IMG/VR virus record: IMGVR_UViG_3300020381_000024
Span: 1-35,703 of that record
DNA from: a virus
Lineage: Duplodnaviria; Caudoviricetes
DNA length: 35,703 nt
Strand: one strand, 5' to 3'
The notes beneath the pieces were generated by a model. It was not told the DNA's origin. It made no database searches and saw nothing but the letters and a program-made list of their open reading frames with translations. Shown piece by piece: positions 9,274-19,121 of this stretch. The first letter of the stretch is position 1, and each line of letters opens with the position of its first letter. A program made the translations under genes and the position numbers.

Positions 9274-10289
9274 ACCCTTTTAAACTCCTTTAATGCTAAT
9301 TGTGCTGAGAGACCAGATACGCTACATTTTTCAATAATAGTCACCACTTCATTTTCACTTAAACCGCTCATTATCATATCATTTATGTCTTTACATTGTG
9401 AAATGTTTTTATCATTCCATATGCAAACTCGATATCCTAGGTCTATGACCTCTTCTATCTTTTTAATTATTTCTTTATTTCTTGGTTCGTTGTCGTAAAT
9501 AAGTATCGCATTTTCTTTTATATCTTCGCTTATTTTCTTAAAGTCACTACCTGCTACAGCAATACTATTTGGTAGGAATAAACTATCTATTGGTCCCTCA
9601 GTGACGTAAATAGTTTTAGTTTTGTCCACATCATTAAGATTAAAGATGAGTGGAACATCATCTCGGAATCTCATAGTTAAATAACGTAAAGGCGAATCAT
9701 TAATTGCTCGACCTGTTAATCCTACAAGTTCCCCATTTTCTGCATAAAATGGTAATATTATTCTAGGGTCATTACCCAAGACTCTATCTTTGTATTTTGT
9801 GCCTAGAAACGATAACGATTGAGCATTATCACAAAACCAAAGACCTTTCAGTTTGGATTCTGGAACTCCTCTATCTAAAAGGTATTCTCTTGCAATTGCC
9901 TTCTCTAAAACTGGAACTGCAACTGCTTTTAAGTCTTCATGTTTATTTAGAATATCTGTTCTTGGTGTAAACTTAAATTCATTAGATGAAGGCATTTTTT
10001 TTACTGGTTTTTTACCTGATTCTTGCAACCATTCTTTTAGATACTCTTTGTGTATCATTGGAAAATTATCTTTTAGAAAATGAACACTTGAAGTGGTCTT
10101 ACCACAATTATGGCATTTATAAATGAAAGATTGGTCTTTAAGAAAATGATATCCACGTGATTTATACTGATTTTTTTGTGAATCACCACAATAAGGACAT
10201 CGATGATTTAACGTGTTTTCGTTAATCCATTTTGCCATGTCTAAATTTGACATGACCATAGACAAATATTTCTTTTCCAACCATAGCAT
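9270..10289 (-). CDS. gp61: DNA primase (T4 gp61)
   Basis: CPYCGDS...CHNC zinc finger, EGPIDSLF, DNEPRN, KDINDM Toprim motifs. Confidence 0.97.
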   Translation of the reverse strand: MLWLEKKYLSMVMSNLDMAKWINENTLNHRCPYCGDSQKNQYKSRGYHFLKDQSFIYKCHNCGKTTSSVHFLKDNFPMIHKEYLKEWLQESGKKPVKKMPSSNEFKFTPRTDILNKHEDLKAVAVPVLEKAIAREYLLDRGVPESKLKGLWFCDNAQSLSFLGTKYKDRVLGNDPRIILPFYAENGELVGLTGRAINDSPLRYLTMRFRDDVPLIFNLNDVDKTKTIYVTEGPIDSLFLPNSIAVAGSDFKKISEDIKENAILIYDNEPRNKEIIKKIEEVIDLGYRVCIWNDKNISQCKDINDMIMSGLSENEVVTIIEKCSVSGLSAQLALKEFKRV

Positions 10290-10296
10290 TACTACT

Positions 10297-10325
10297 ATGA
10301 TACTACGATTTGACTACTTTTTCAA
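10297..10325 (-). promoter_or_regulatory. sigma70-type promoter of the primase-nrd operon
   Basis: TTGAAA-N17-TATCAT-N7-ATG. Confidence 0.6.
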
Positions 10326-11141
10326 GTCGTTTTTACGAATATTTTTGACTTGGTCTTTTGGTACTTGTATGACGTATCTGTTTTCTACAACTTTTGGTTT
10401 ATCTTCTTCTGCTTTACGTGCAATTAATCCTGCTGACGATACAAGTAATAGGACAGCCAGCGGGTCAAATACAAAAATTAGCGCATAAATTACCCACCGG
10501 ACAGCGTTGTCAAGATACTTGACAGACTCTTCTTGACCATAAATTACTTCTGCAACATATTTGATTGGACCTATTTTTGAGTCTTGTTCAAGTTGTTTTC
10601 TCTGTATCGGTAGTTTTTCTTCAGTGTATTGTGTTATCAAGTCTATTGATGTATCAATGTCCTCTGCAATCTGTCGTCTCTCGTCACGTTGTTGTCGATT
10701 GATATAGTTTCTGTCTTGTGGACGACCTGTGGTGACGACCAGGTCGAGTCCTGCGAGTCTTTCCTGTAGTCTTTGTACTTTTGATTGTTCTGCTTCAATA
10801 CGTGTGTCGATTATTGATAATTCAAGGTTGTTACCATCGCCTACAAGGTTTACTTCGATGTTTGCTTTTGATAGATAACCAAATATACCAAGTGATGTGA
10901 TTAACATCAATACTACTACAGATGATAGTAAATAATATTTAAGATAGTTTAGTTTATCCCATAATAGATGTAAATACGCAGCCGTTACTAGTTTACCTGT
11001 TTCGAGTGCTGACATCATGACAACCGTACCTAGATATGCACCTGCAAACATAGTCGCCATACCTAAAATTGAGAAATAAGCTGCTATACCTGCGATTACT
11101 AAAGAGGTAAGTAGGGCTAGATAATTGAGAAATTTAACCAT
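10314..11141 (-). CDS. multi-pass membrane protein with coiled-coil insert
   Basis: Three N-terminal TM helices, coiled coil, GPIKYVAE and IFVFDPLAV C-terminal TM. Confidence 0.75.
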   Translation of the reverse strand: MVKFLNYLALLTSLVIAGIAAYFSILGMATMFAGAYLGTVVMMSALETGKLVTAAYLHLLWDKLNYLKYYLLSSVVVLMLITSLGIFGYLSKANIEVNLVGDGNNLELSIIDTRIEAEQSKVQRLQERLAGLDLVVTTGRPQDRNYINRQQRDERRQIAEDIDTSIDLITQYTEEKLPIQRKQLEQDSKIGPIKYVAEVIYGQEESVKYLDNAVRWVIYALIFVFDPLAVLLLVSSAGLIARKAEEDKPKVVENRYVIQVPKDQVKNIRKNDLKK

Positions 11142-11146
11142 TACGA

Positions 11147-11929
11147 TTAATTATATCTCTTTTTTAGTAATTTGTATAGTCGTTTTGTGTCAAATTCGTT
11201 CTTTCTTTTATATAACGACTTACTGCGAACTAAAGGGTGATTTGATTGTACAGCATCACCAGTAGAATTCAATGGTGCATCTTCTTTAAGATTGTCTAAA
11301 TTCAAAAATTCTGATATATGGTCTGCTAAAATAATTCCAGCTTTATAGTCACTAGGATAGTGTAGACCTGCTTGTACTCTTCCGTAAGCACATATATCAG
11401 CTGCATCTCTCAATTCTTGTTTGACTTCTGGATATAAATTACCATAATGATTTGCAACTACGTATGGTTGCACGGTGTGACCTGAAGGATATGAAGGTGT
11501 TTTTGATGTTTCTGTTTTAAATCTTTTGAACTCGATATTCAAAGCATCAGCAAGTTGATAGGGTCTTGGTCTGTTGTAATGATTTTTGTAATGTTTAATA
11601 ATAGGTCGACATTGGTCTTCTATCATTTCCATTGTATCTTCATTGAAATCGAAATTATTGTCTCTTAATACTTCTTTTATATAATAAGATGCATCTTCAT
11701 CACAATTTATGTAATGACGTTTAGTTTCATCATCAGCACTATTGTATTCTTTTTGTATCAATTTCAATTCGTTTAATGCTTCACGTGATGAATTTTTCGG
11801 AGGTCTAGGCAACATGAAATTTTGCCAACCTTCATCAAAGATTTTTAGTTTTTCATATTTTGGTGGTTTAAGTTCCGATTGTGGAGCAAAAAGTAATTCG
11901 TCAACTTTTAGTATTTCTTCAATAAACAT
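11147..11929 (-). CDS. PAP2/haloperoxidase-superfamily phosphatase
   Basis: KNHYNRPRP, YPSGH, RVQAGLHYPSD motifs. Confidence 0.88.
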   Translation of the reverse strand: MFIEEILKVDELLFAPQSELKPPKYEKLKIFDEGWQNFMLPRPPKNSSREALNELKLIQKEYNSADDETKRHYINCDEDASYYIKEVLRDNNFDFNEDTMEMIEDQCRPIIKHYKNHYNRPRPYQLADALNIEFKRFKTETSKTPSYPSGHTVQPYVVANHYGNLYPEVKQELRDAADICAYGRVQAGLHYPSDYKAGIILADHISEFLNLDNLKEDAPLNSTGDAVQSNHPLVRSKSLYKRKNEFDTKRLYKLLKKRYN

Positions 11930-12536
11930 CTTCGGCCGTTAGTATTATTCTGTCGCTGCCAATATAACCCTCATATATGGTAATTCCATATCCTATGCTG
12001 ATTTCTTTTATATTTGTGACTTCAGTTTTTGCAGGATAAACTTTGATTTCTTCTTGTTCATCAAAGTTTTGTTTGATTTGTGTTCTTAGATAATAATTTT
12101 CTTGATTCGTAATTCTACCAACACTTTGACTCTCAGATAACATTTCTGCATTAAATAAATCATTCTCTTTTAAATATCTATAAAACTCTTCAAATAATTG
12201 GTCTACTTGATTACTTGGTAAATTAGTCTCTTCTTTGAGAAGTAACAATGCAACTGCATATGAGGCGAAGGCAGATTTACCAAATGGTACTTTTTCTATG
12301 ATTTTTTTAAGATTGAATACTAATCTATGAAGTGGTGTAAGTGAATTTTTTTCGTCTTTAGTTTTAGGATTATTTGGCAGTTTGACTGCTGGGTTATTTG
12401 GGTCAGGCAATGTTTTGATTCTGTTTCCACGGTCATCTATAAAACCAAACTTATATGCTTGTGTTTTTTTAAACGGTGTAGTTAGCATCTTTAAGATACG
12501 AAATACGATTAAACTATCTATTACTCTTCCGACCAT
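11919..12536 (-). CDS. conserved T4-like hypothetical protein
   Basis: FRILKMLTTPF..TQAYKFGFIDDRG...TPLHRLVFNLKK recalled from T4-like phages; late promoter. Confidence 0.7.
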   Translation of the reverse strand: MVGRVIDSLIVFRILKMLTTPFKKTQAYKFGFIDDRGNRIKTLPDPNNPAVKLPNNPKTKDEKNSLTPLHRLVFNLKKIIEKVPFGKSAFASYAVALLLLKEETNLPSNQVDQLFEEFYRYLKENDLFNAEMLSESQSVGRITNQENYYLRTQIKQNFDEQEEIKVYPAKTEVTNIKEISIGYGITIYEGYIGSDRIILTAEDVY

Positions 12537-12542
12537 AGTAAC

Positions 12543-12550
12543 TATTTATG
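12543..12550 (-). promoter_or_regulatory. late promoter CATAAATA, 6 nt before ATG
   Basis: 7/8 match to TATAAATA with conserved spacing. Confidence 0.6.
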
Positions 12551-12559
12551 TTTTCAAAA

Positions 12560-12931
12560 CTACATATCTCTGAGTCTTTCAGCTAATTTCATATCTACTG
12601 AAATATCAGGAAACCATGTATCATCGATATACTCTAGATAAAGTAACATGGTTTTTATGGAACTCCAATGTTCTTTTTCGCTAATTTTGAAATTTAACAT
12701 TCTCATGCATGGTTCAAAACCAAAAACATTGAGTAAACATATAATATGATTTAACATGAGACGTTCTCTCATCTCACCAAGGTCATGGTATCGATGTAAG
12801 AGACGTTTTAGATATCTGAATCTGCGTAAGTCCTCATTAAAGTCTTCGATGTCTTCACACTGAGGGTCATCGTAATGTTTCATCGCATACGCTGAAAAGT
12901 TTTTTGCTGTGATTTTGTCAAAAAGACCCAT
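12560..12931 (-). CDS. conserved hypothetical protein of marine T4-like phages
   Basis: YAMKHYDDPQC...DLRRFRYLKRLL...LMLNHII...NVFG pattern. Confidence 0.75.
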   Translation of the reverse strand: MGLFDKITAKNFSAYAMKHYDDPQCEDIEDFNEDLRRFRYLKRLLHRYHDLGEMRERLMLNHIICLLNVFGFEPCMRMLNFKISEKEHWSSIKTMLLYLEYIDDTWFPDISVDMKLAERLRDM

Positions 12932-12975
12932 AATATAACTTAAAATTGTTTACACCATTATATAGGTGCATACAA

Positions 12976-13431
12976 CTATCTAACTTTTTTGCCTTTCTTT
13001 TTAGCTACTTGTTTTAAATCTTTAGACCAATTGAATCTTTTTCTCATTTTACTTTTTGCCTTTTTGAGAAACTTCATGGCCATTTGTTTTGCTTTGTCTA
13101 TAACACCTTCTGATATAAGGTCGTCTTCTAGTGCTGAAGAAACTATCCATTCTACTGCATCTGAGTGTTCATCATATTCGTCTGTAGAATCGCCATTTGA
13201 ATTACGAGAATATGCTTCAATGTAATCAGGTTCATCTTCGTCACCATTAGTATGGTAATAACCAATCTCTTTACCTTTGTAATTTACATCGAATGTATAT
13301 TCCATAGCCATTCTATCTTCATATGATTTAACTACATCAACCGTTAAACCAAAAACACGAACTTTTTCCTCAGATAAATTGGAAATAAGTTCGTGTCTAA
13401 TATCTTCTAGTAATTTTCTTGTTGTCATCAT
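12976..13431 (-). CDS. hypothetical, probable internal head protein
   Basis: LSE/ISE-type sites separate an acidic module from a basic tail. Confidence 0.6.
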   Translation of the reverse strand: MMTTRKLLEDIRHELISNLSEEKVRVFGLTVDVVKSYEDRMAMEYTFDVNYKGKEIGYYHTNGDEDEPDYIEAYSRNSNGDSTDEYDEHSDAVEWIVSSALEDDLISEGVIDKAKQMAMKFLKKAKSKMRKRFNWSKDLKQVAKKKGKKVR

Positions 13432-13865
13432 ACTAGTGAGCCGTAGACTTTAAAACTACCTGTTTCTAATTTTTCGTATCTAACTTTTAAGTCGTAAGTC
13501 TTTTCTTCTTTGTCTAATTCATCTATAGGTGTATCTACGGATTTACCAATGATTTCACCGTATCTGCTGAAAGATAAATCTAATTCACCAGAATCGGCAA
13601 AATCTTCTTGTTGTAATTCACCCATATCGCCAACAGATTTAATTTTTGCTAAACCCATTTGACTTAATTTAGATTCGATTTGTCCCAGAGCTGCATGTGG
13701 ATTCATAAACTCTGATACTGCAACATGACCAAGAACTGCATTGACAGCATTCTTGACGTTTGCATCATCTAAATCATATGGAACTTTCATAGATGAAAGA
13801 CCTGCATTTCCAGCAACTACGTGATTTAGATGATTTTCCTCTAAAAATTCTTTAAAACTCTTCAT
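13428..13865 (-). CDS. probable internal head protein
   Basis: MKSFKEFLEE resembles the T4 capsid-targeting sequence (MKTYQEFIAE-like). Confidence 0.65.
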   Translation of the reverse strand: MKSFKEFLEENHLNHVVAGNAGLSSMKVPYDLDDANVKNAVNAVLGHVAVSEFMNPHAALGQIESKLSQMGLAKIKSVGDMGELQQEDFADSGELDLSFSRYGEIIGKSVDTPIDELDKEEKTYDLKVRYEKLETGSFKVYGSLV

Positions 13866-13884
13866 AATGTTTTCCTAAATTTAA

Positions 13885-14424
13885 TTACGCAACACTAATA
13901 TCAGCGTAAGTACCTGTTCCAGCACCACCTAATCTATCACCAACAGCAAATACTTTGTCTGATGCAGTAGATGTTCCGTTATCTACAATTGTTCCACTGA
14001 TTGTTTGTGCGCCGATTGATAAATTTTCTGTTTGTGAAGGTACGGTAAATGTGAACTCTGCGCTGTTAACACCTGTCTGAGCAGCTGCAGTTGCAGTAAT
14101 ACTTCCTGATACTGAACCTGTTACAACTAATGTTGCACCATTAGTTACGTCAACGTTCTCGTTGTAGTTGACTATAACAGCACCTGTATCGGCTTGGTTA
14201 TATGATGCAGCTTTAAAGTATACGCCTACTATATCTGCGTTACCTAATGCAGTTGAAAGGTTTGTTTGTGAACCAACTGCAACAAGAACTTCTTCTAAGT
14301 TTCTTGAACCAACTGATTTCTTTAAAACCCAACCTTCGGGTTTACCCACACAATTATTTTTATCTTCTTGTTTTAGGTATTTTGGTCTTGATTCGTCTGA
14401 ATCTGTTACTCCCCATAATGCCAT
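13885..14424 (-). CDS. virion structural protein, beta-rich/Ig-like C-terminus
   Basis: MALWG..D..ESRPKYL...GWV...EVLVA N-terminus, T/G/S/A-rich; strong SD. Confidence 0.65.
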   Translation of the reverse strand: MALWGVTDSDESRPKYLKQEDKNNCVGKPEGWVLKKSVGSRNLEEVLVAVGSQTNLSTALGNADIVGVYFKAASYNQADTGAVIVNYNENVDVTNGATLVVTGSVSGSITATAAAQTGVNSAEFTFTVPSQTENLSIGAQTISGTIVDNGTSTASDKVFAVGDRLGGAGTGTYADISVA

Positions 14425-14439
14425 GATTTTTCTCCCTAA

Positions 14440-14994
14440 TTAAGCAACCTTCATTTTTGCGATTGCGTTAAAAACTTTTTTAAAGTTTTTAGTATCTTTT
14501 TGTAATAAACGAAGGTATTTATCCCTTATTGGTGCTCTTACCTTCATTAAAATGTCGTGAACTTTGACTGCATCGTCTTTTTTCACTTTAATTTTCTTCA
14601 TATCGTCTGTTCTGACTTCACCGTCTTTAGAACCATCTTTGAATTTACGTAACTGAACTAACATATTAGCATCTGGTCTATTTTGTACACCTTTTGCAAC
14701 TGATGCCAAGGCATCTTTAGCTCTCATGAAGACTTCATCTTCACCCGCTTCAGCATATTTACCACCTGCCATAGTAGAAATCTTTTCGATTTTCTTCTTT
14801 AAGTCTGCTTCATTCTTTGCTTGTGCTACAGCACGTGCAATCTTTTTATTACCAGCATCTGACATCATGCCAAAATCAGAAATCTTCTCCATAATCTTAT
14901 TGATTTTGAGAGTTTCTTTTTTGACATAACCTAGTTTCTTCAGTTTTTCTTTGAAGATTTTATATCTTGCATCTGCTGTTAAGACTTTATCCAT
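14440..14994 (-). CDS. basic hypothetical protein, probable internal head protein
   Basis: Lys-rich, TAATG-coupled within the late operon. Confidence 0.65.
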   Translation of the reverse strand: MDKVLTADARYKIFKEKLKKLGYVKKETLKINKIMEKISDFGMMSDAGNKKIARAVAQAKNEADLKKKIEKISTMAGGKYAEAGEDEVFMRAKDALASVAKGVQNRPDANMLVQLRKFKDGSKDGEVRTDDMKKIKVKKDDAVKVHDILMKVRAPIRDKYLRLLQKDTKNFKKVFNAIAKMKVA

Positions 14995-16103
14995 TACTTT
15001 AAGCCTTTAGTCAACATCTTGTCAATCTGTGGTGTTGACATATCTTTTTCTGTTGGGTCTCCGTATGATGATTTACCTATGACTATTCTTAAAAAGTCAT
15101 TGACTGCCTTCTTTCCGCCTTTAACTCTAACATGTTTGCCCATCATTGATGATTTAAGACCAAATCTTTTTGCTTGTTTGTTAATTTCTAGTGCATGTTT
15201 ATTTTGGTCAGCAGGTTTTGATATTCTGTTTTTAGGGTCTACGGTAATGTTTGCAACTTCTTCGTCTAACTGAGGTGCATATTTTTCACCATCTTCCCAC
15301 ATTGCTCTGTAGGCATCTTCAACTCTCATTTGTGATGGTGTCTTTGCTTTCTGTCTGAAGTCTCTCATATCTTTTGGTAATCTTTCGTCTTCAAATCCTT
15401 TGTGTGGGTGTTGAGAGAATCCTAATGCTTTAAATTTATGTTTTGGCGCCTTGTCTACATTCTGCATGTCTGACTCTGACATTGATTCTTTTTCTCTTGC
15501 CTGTTTTGCTTTCAACTTTTCCATATCTTGAGTATGTTTAAGATTGAGTTTTGCTTTTGCTTCTGCATCTTCTACATGAATGTAATTTGGTTTCAGCATA
15601 TCTTTTGCTTTCTTTCTATCATGATATTTTAATACATGTTTTTTACCCTTGTCATCTTTGACAAGATAACCTGTATTAGTCTTCTGTAAGATTTTACCAA
15701 ATTGTTTGTTACCTTTAGAGTCATAGAAATCTAACTCTAAACCAACTTTAGCACTTTTAGAAGTTTCAGTACCCATGCCATACTTTGCAAGTTTTCTGTA
15801 GTTTTCATTTAGGTCTTCATGAATCACTTCTTCGTTAGCATATCTCAATGCGTTCTGGACTTCTTTTGATTTTAGAACTTTATCGCCGTAGAACTTTTTG
15901 ATTTCTTTACGTGCTATGCTATCTGCACCACCTAAATCAAGTGCAACTTCTACTGCTTTACGGATTTCAGCATCTTTGACTTTGTTTCTTCTAAAGTATG
16001 TTGATATTTCTCTACCAGTAAGTTTTTGTTTTCCATAAGGTCCAAGGGGATTGACCTTACCATCTTTGTCTAAAACCTTTTTTGCTTCGGAAAATAAGTT
16101 CAT
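14994..16103 (-). CDS. modular charged protein, probable internal head protein
   Basis: MNLFSE start; basic modules separated by LNE/LDE acidic linkers. Confidence 0.65.
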   Translation of the reverse strand: MNLFSEAKKVLDKDGKVNPLGPYGKQKLTGREISTYFRRNKVKDAEIRKAVEVALDLGGADSIARKEIKKFYGDKVLKSKEVQNALRYANEEVIHEDLNENYRKLAKYGMGTETSKSAKVGLELDFYDSKGNKQFGKILQKTNTGYLVKDDKGKKHVLKYHDRKKAKDMLKPNYIHVEDAEAKAKLNLKHTQDMEKLKAKQAREKESMSESDMQNVDKAPKHKFKALGFSQHPHKGFEDERLPKDMRDFRQKAKTPSQMRVEDAYRAMWEDGEKYAPQLDEEVANITVDPKNRISKPADQNKHALEINKQAKRFGLKSSMMGKHVRVKGGKKAVNDFLRIVIGKSSYGDPTEKDMSTPQIDKMLTKGLK

Positions 16104-16615
16104 TACATTTTACCTGAGTTTTTCTTCAAGAACATATCGATTTCTTTTTTCTTTGCCTTGAATTCTTTTGAACCATGTTTGTGCTTCATCATATCATTCA
16201 TCATGTCGATGAACTTCTTGCTTGTAGGTGAAAGTGATTCTGTTACTTCAAAAAATACTGACTCTTCAACTTCTTTTTCGTCTTCGTCTTCGTCTTTCTC
16301 TTTTTCTTTGATGTCTTTCTTAGATTTATCTTTCTCTAGTTCTTCAACTTCTTTGACTTGGTATTTTTTACCAGCGACTACGAATTCGCCTTCGCCTTTT
16401 TCTTTTGCAGCTGCCAATGCTTTAGTAAAGGCGTTGCCTTCATCTTTCATTGCTTTTGCAATTGCATCTCTACGTTTTCCTAGATATTCGTCTGAACTAT
16501 CTACATCGCCATCGTTATCTACGTCTGCATCTCTCTTACCCACAGGGTCGAGTTTTTTGCCTTCTAGAATTGCACGTGAATCGTTTAAAAGTTTTTTGCT
16601 TATTTCGTCTATCAT
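16103..16615 (-). CDS. probable internal head protein with DxDxDG Ca-binding-like loop
   Basis: LDPVGKRDADVDNDGDVDSSDEYL motif following ILE. Confidence 0.7.
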   Translation of the reverse strand: MIDEISKKLLNDSRAILEGKKLDPVGKRDADVDNDGDVDSSDEYLGKRRDAIAKAMKDEGNAFTKALAAAKEKGEGEFVVAGKKYQVKEVEELEKDKSKKDIKEKEKDEDEDEKEVEESVFFEVTESLSPTSKKFIDMMNDMMKHKHGSKEFKAKKKEIDMFLKKNSGKM

Positions 16616-17115
16616 TGTTTTAGTTCCCCTTTTTCGAAGTAATCAAACATTTTTCGTTTACCTTCTTCGTTAAGTCTTAAAGATTTAGCAAGTCGTCCTA
16701 ACATGTTTCTTTCTGCTAATTTTTCTATTGAAACATCTTCTTCTACTTCTTCCATTGCAGGCAACTCGCCCATTTTTTTAGCCATTCTTTCAAACCCTTT
16801 AGGATTTTGTTTCTGCATTTGTTTTAGAACTTTAGGACTTGTCATGTTCAACAAGTTAGCAAGACCCATGGTTGCTTTTTTATCTGTTATTTTAAACAAC
16901 TTCTTAATTGCTTCTTCACTTTCGATGAGTTCTTGATTATTTACAAGTTCTTCATCTATTGTATCTTCGTTAAATTCATTACATAAAAGTTGTTCGATTT
17001 CCTCATCGACTGAAGATTTAGATATAGATGTTTCTTCAACAATATTTTGTTGTTCAACTATCTTACCACGAACTCTTTGTAAACTTTCTTGCCAAGTTTC
17101 TTGTTGTTTTGCCAT
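16612..17115 (-). CDS. acidic hypothetical late protein
   Basis: First gene behind TATAAATA; Glu-rich, scaffold-like. Confidence 0.65.
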   Translation of the reverse strand: MAKQQETWQESLQRVRGKIVEQQNIVEETSISKSSVDEEIEQLLCNEFNEDTIDEELVNNQELIESEEAIKKLFKITDKKATMGLANLLNMTSPKVLKQMQKQNPKGFERMAKKMGELPAMEEVEEDVSIEKLAERNMLGRLAKSLRLNEEGKRKMFDYFEKGELKQ

Positions 17116-17121
17116 AATAGT

Positions 17122-17129
17122 TATTTATA
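17122..17129 (-). promoter_or_regulatory. late promoter TATAAATA, 6 nt before ATG
   Basis: Exact consensus; contains the upstream gene's TAA. Confidence 0.75.
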
Positions 17130-17409
17130 TTTCTTTAATTCTCAGAATTAAGTTATTCTCACCTTTAATAAGTCTATGATAACTCATTTTTGCGATGTAA
17201 TACTCTTTTCCTATTTTTAATTCTGTTGGTAACTTGTCATCCATTTGAAGTTTCCAACCTTTTCCATTTAGAACATGTATATTTCTATTTTCTAAATCTC
17301 TATGCCAAACTAATTCTGATTCTTTTAAATTTTCGTCAAAAGTTCTAATCAAATATTTTTGACCTGTGCCTTCTTGTTCGAAAGGTTCATCTATGTAAGG
17401 TTTAGACAT
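17125..17409 (-). CDS. small cupin-like protein
   Basis: LVWHRDLENR...GKGW...YHRL cupin pattern. Confidence 0.65.
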   Translation of the reverse strand: MSKPYIDEPFEQEGTGQKYLIRTFDENLKESELVWHRDLENRNIHVLNGKGWKLQMDDKLPTELKIGKEYYIAKMSYHRLIKGENNLILRIKEI

Positions 17410-18007
17410 TTCCTGATACTAATACAATTTTACAAATGTGTTCTAATCTTTCAATATGTTCGAATGTTTGCCAAGGTGTTTTTCCAACTGCGACTACACC
17501 ATGTCCATCGATACCTACTATATCATATTTAGTATTACCATCTGAATCTAATCCCATTGCTTTATGTGTCTTATCTGCAAGTTCTTTACTGATAGGTGGT
17601 ACCATACCAACATTTGGACCTACGTTTGTGTATCTTGATAGTTCAGGAAACTTTTCGCATAATGTTGATAATTCTATACCTCTATGCATAGCTGCTACGG
17701 TATAGGTTGGATGTAAATGCACTACACATCTAACACCTGTTGTTACCCTTTTCATCAATCCGTAATGTAGTGGTAGTTCTCCACTAGGTTTCATTCCTAT
17801 ACTTTCTTGAGTATAGTCCATTGGCAATCCTGATACGACATCAATTTTTTTGTAATGTGTGTATTGTAAATTTTGTTTTCTCACACCTGACGGAGTGATA
17901 TAGAAGTGGCCATCTTTTTTATGTCTAATTGAAGCGTTGCCGTCTCTTGTTGAAATTAGACCAAGGTTGTATGAGTGTTTTAACACTTCGCACATTGTTT
18001 CTAACAT
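17402..18007 (-). CDS. class II aldolase/adducin family protein
   Basis: GNASIR, ITPSG, PSGELPLH, VHLHP, GHGVV Zn-binding motifs. Confidence 0.92.
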   Translation of the reverse strand: MLETMCEVLKHSYNLGLISTRDGNASIRHKKDGHFYITPSGVRKQNLQYTHYKKIDVVSGLPMDYTQESIGMKPSGELPLHYGLMKRVTTGVRCVVHLHPTYTVAAMHRGIELSTLCEKFPELSRYTNVGPNVGMVPPISKELADKTHKAMGLDSDGNTKYDIVGIDGHGVVAVGKTPWQTFEHIERLEHICKIVLVSGNV

Positions 18008-18013
18008 AATTTT

Positions 18014-18547
18014 TTACCAGAAGAACGAACCGCCGCCTGATAACCCTAGTTGTTTTGCATAGTAAGGAAGTCTACATGACCAATATCCTGCTGAGGTTTT
18101 ATCATTAGCAGTATCGCAATTATGACGTGCAACATAAGATGCTCTAGCACTTTTGTCCGAGAATTTCACTGAGAGACCTGTTGTATCTCCAAATGTGACT
18201 TTCTTAACTTTATCGCCGTCTTTTACATAAACATAAAACTTTTTAGGTCCGCCTCTCATAGGTTTATTTAAAGGTTTATCTTCGTCTTCTGTAATCGCCA
18301 TCATTGGACAATCCAAAGGAACCAATTCGCCTTCATATATTTCATACTGACCTAAATCAGTTTCTATTATGTTTTTGTCTATTTCAGTAAGTCTATACTT
18401 ACCTTCTTCAATTCTTTTTCTAACTTCTTTGATTACCTCAAAGTACATGAAAGAACCCAATCTAAAAGGATTGTCTAAAACATTTGTTTTTGTTTCTTGC
18501 AATTCGTCTAAGACATTATCAATTGCAACTTCTCTGAACGTTTTCAT
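18014..18547 (-). CDS. conserved phage protein, probable virion-associated
   Basis: MKTFRE start; KKFYVYVK...KKVTFGD...ARHNC...AGYWSC. Confidence 0.7.
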   Translation of the reverse strand: MKTFREVAIDNVLDELQETKTNVLDNPFRLGSFMYFEVIKEVRKRIEEGKYRLTEIDKNIIETDLGQYEIYEGELVPLDCPMMAITEDEDKPLNKPMRGGPKKFYVYVKDGDKVKKVTFGDTTGLSVKFSDKSARASYVARHNCDTANDKTSAGYWSCRLPYYAKQLGLSGGGSFFW

Positions 18548-19121
18548 AAAGTTTTCCTAGTTGGTCTATCTCCTTCATTTTTTTATCTAATCTTTCCATA
18601 TTTTGTTGTCTGGTGTTGGTATTTATGTAGTCAAAATCTATTAATGTCATCTTATCACCATCGACAATGATATTATCCAGATTCCAGTCTCCGTGATATA
18701 TGGGTTGCCATTTGTTCATGTTATCTATACAAAAATCATAAACTCTTTGTGCAAGTTCTGGAGTTTTTGGTAGAGAATATGCCATCACACCAGGTACTCT
18801 TTTGACATCCATATAAAACCATTCATCTTCTTTTAGTTGAGGTGGTTTATTGAACACACGGTCATCTCTTGTATGTCTAACAGGCATTTCATACTTTAAA
18901 TCGGGACAATCTCTTTCTATTATTGTTGTACCAGTTTCAATTATGTGATTTGGAAAAACTTGATTTGTAAGTTCTATTATTTTATCAATTCTTCGTTTTC
19001 TAATACATCTACTATTGTATATCTTTCGAAAAAAATCACCATGGTCATAACAAAGACGAGATATTAACATCTCGTTTGAATCTCTTAGTTTATGAAATGC
19101 TCTTTTTTTTAAATCAACCAC
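18519..19121 (-). CDS. APH/protein-kinase-like phosphotransferase
   Basis: YHGDWNLDNII catalytic loop and LIDFD metal-binding motif. Confidence 0.75.
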   Translation of the reverse strand: MVDLKKRAFHKLRDSNEMLISRLCYDHGDFFRKIYNSRCIRKRRIDKIIELTNQVFPNHIIETGTTIIERDCPDLKYEMPVRHTRDDRVFNKPPQLKEDEWFYMDVKRVPGVMAYSLPKTPELAQRVYDFCIDNMNKWQPIYHGDWNLDNIIVDGDKMTLIDFDYINTNTRQQNMERLDKKMKEIDQLGKLYENVQRSCN

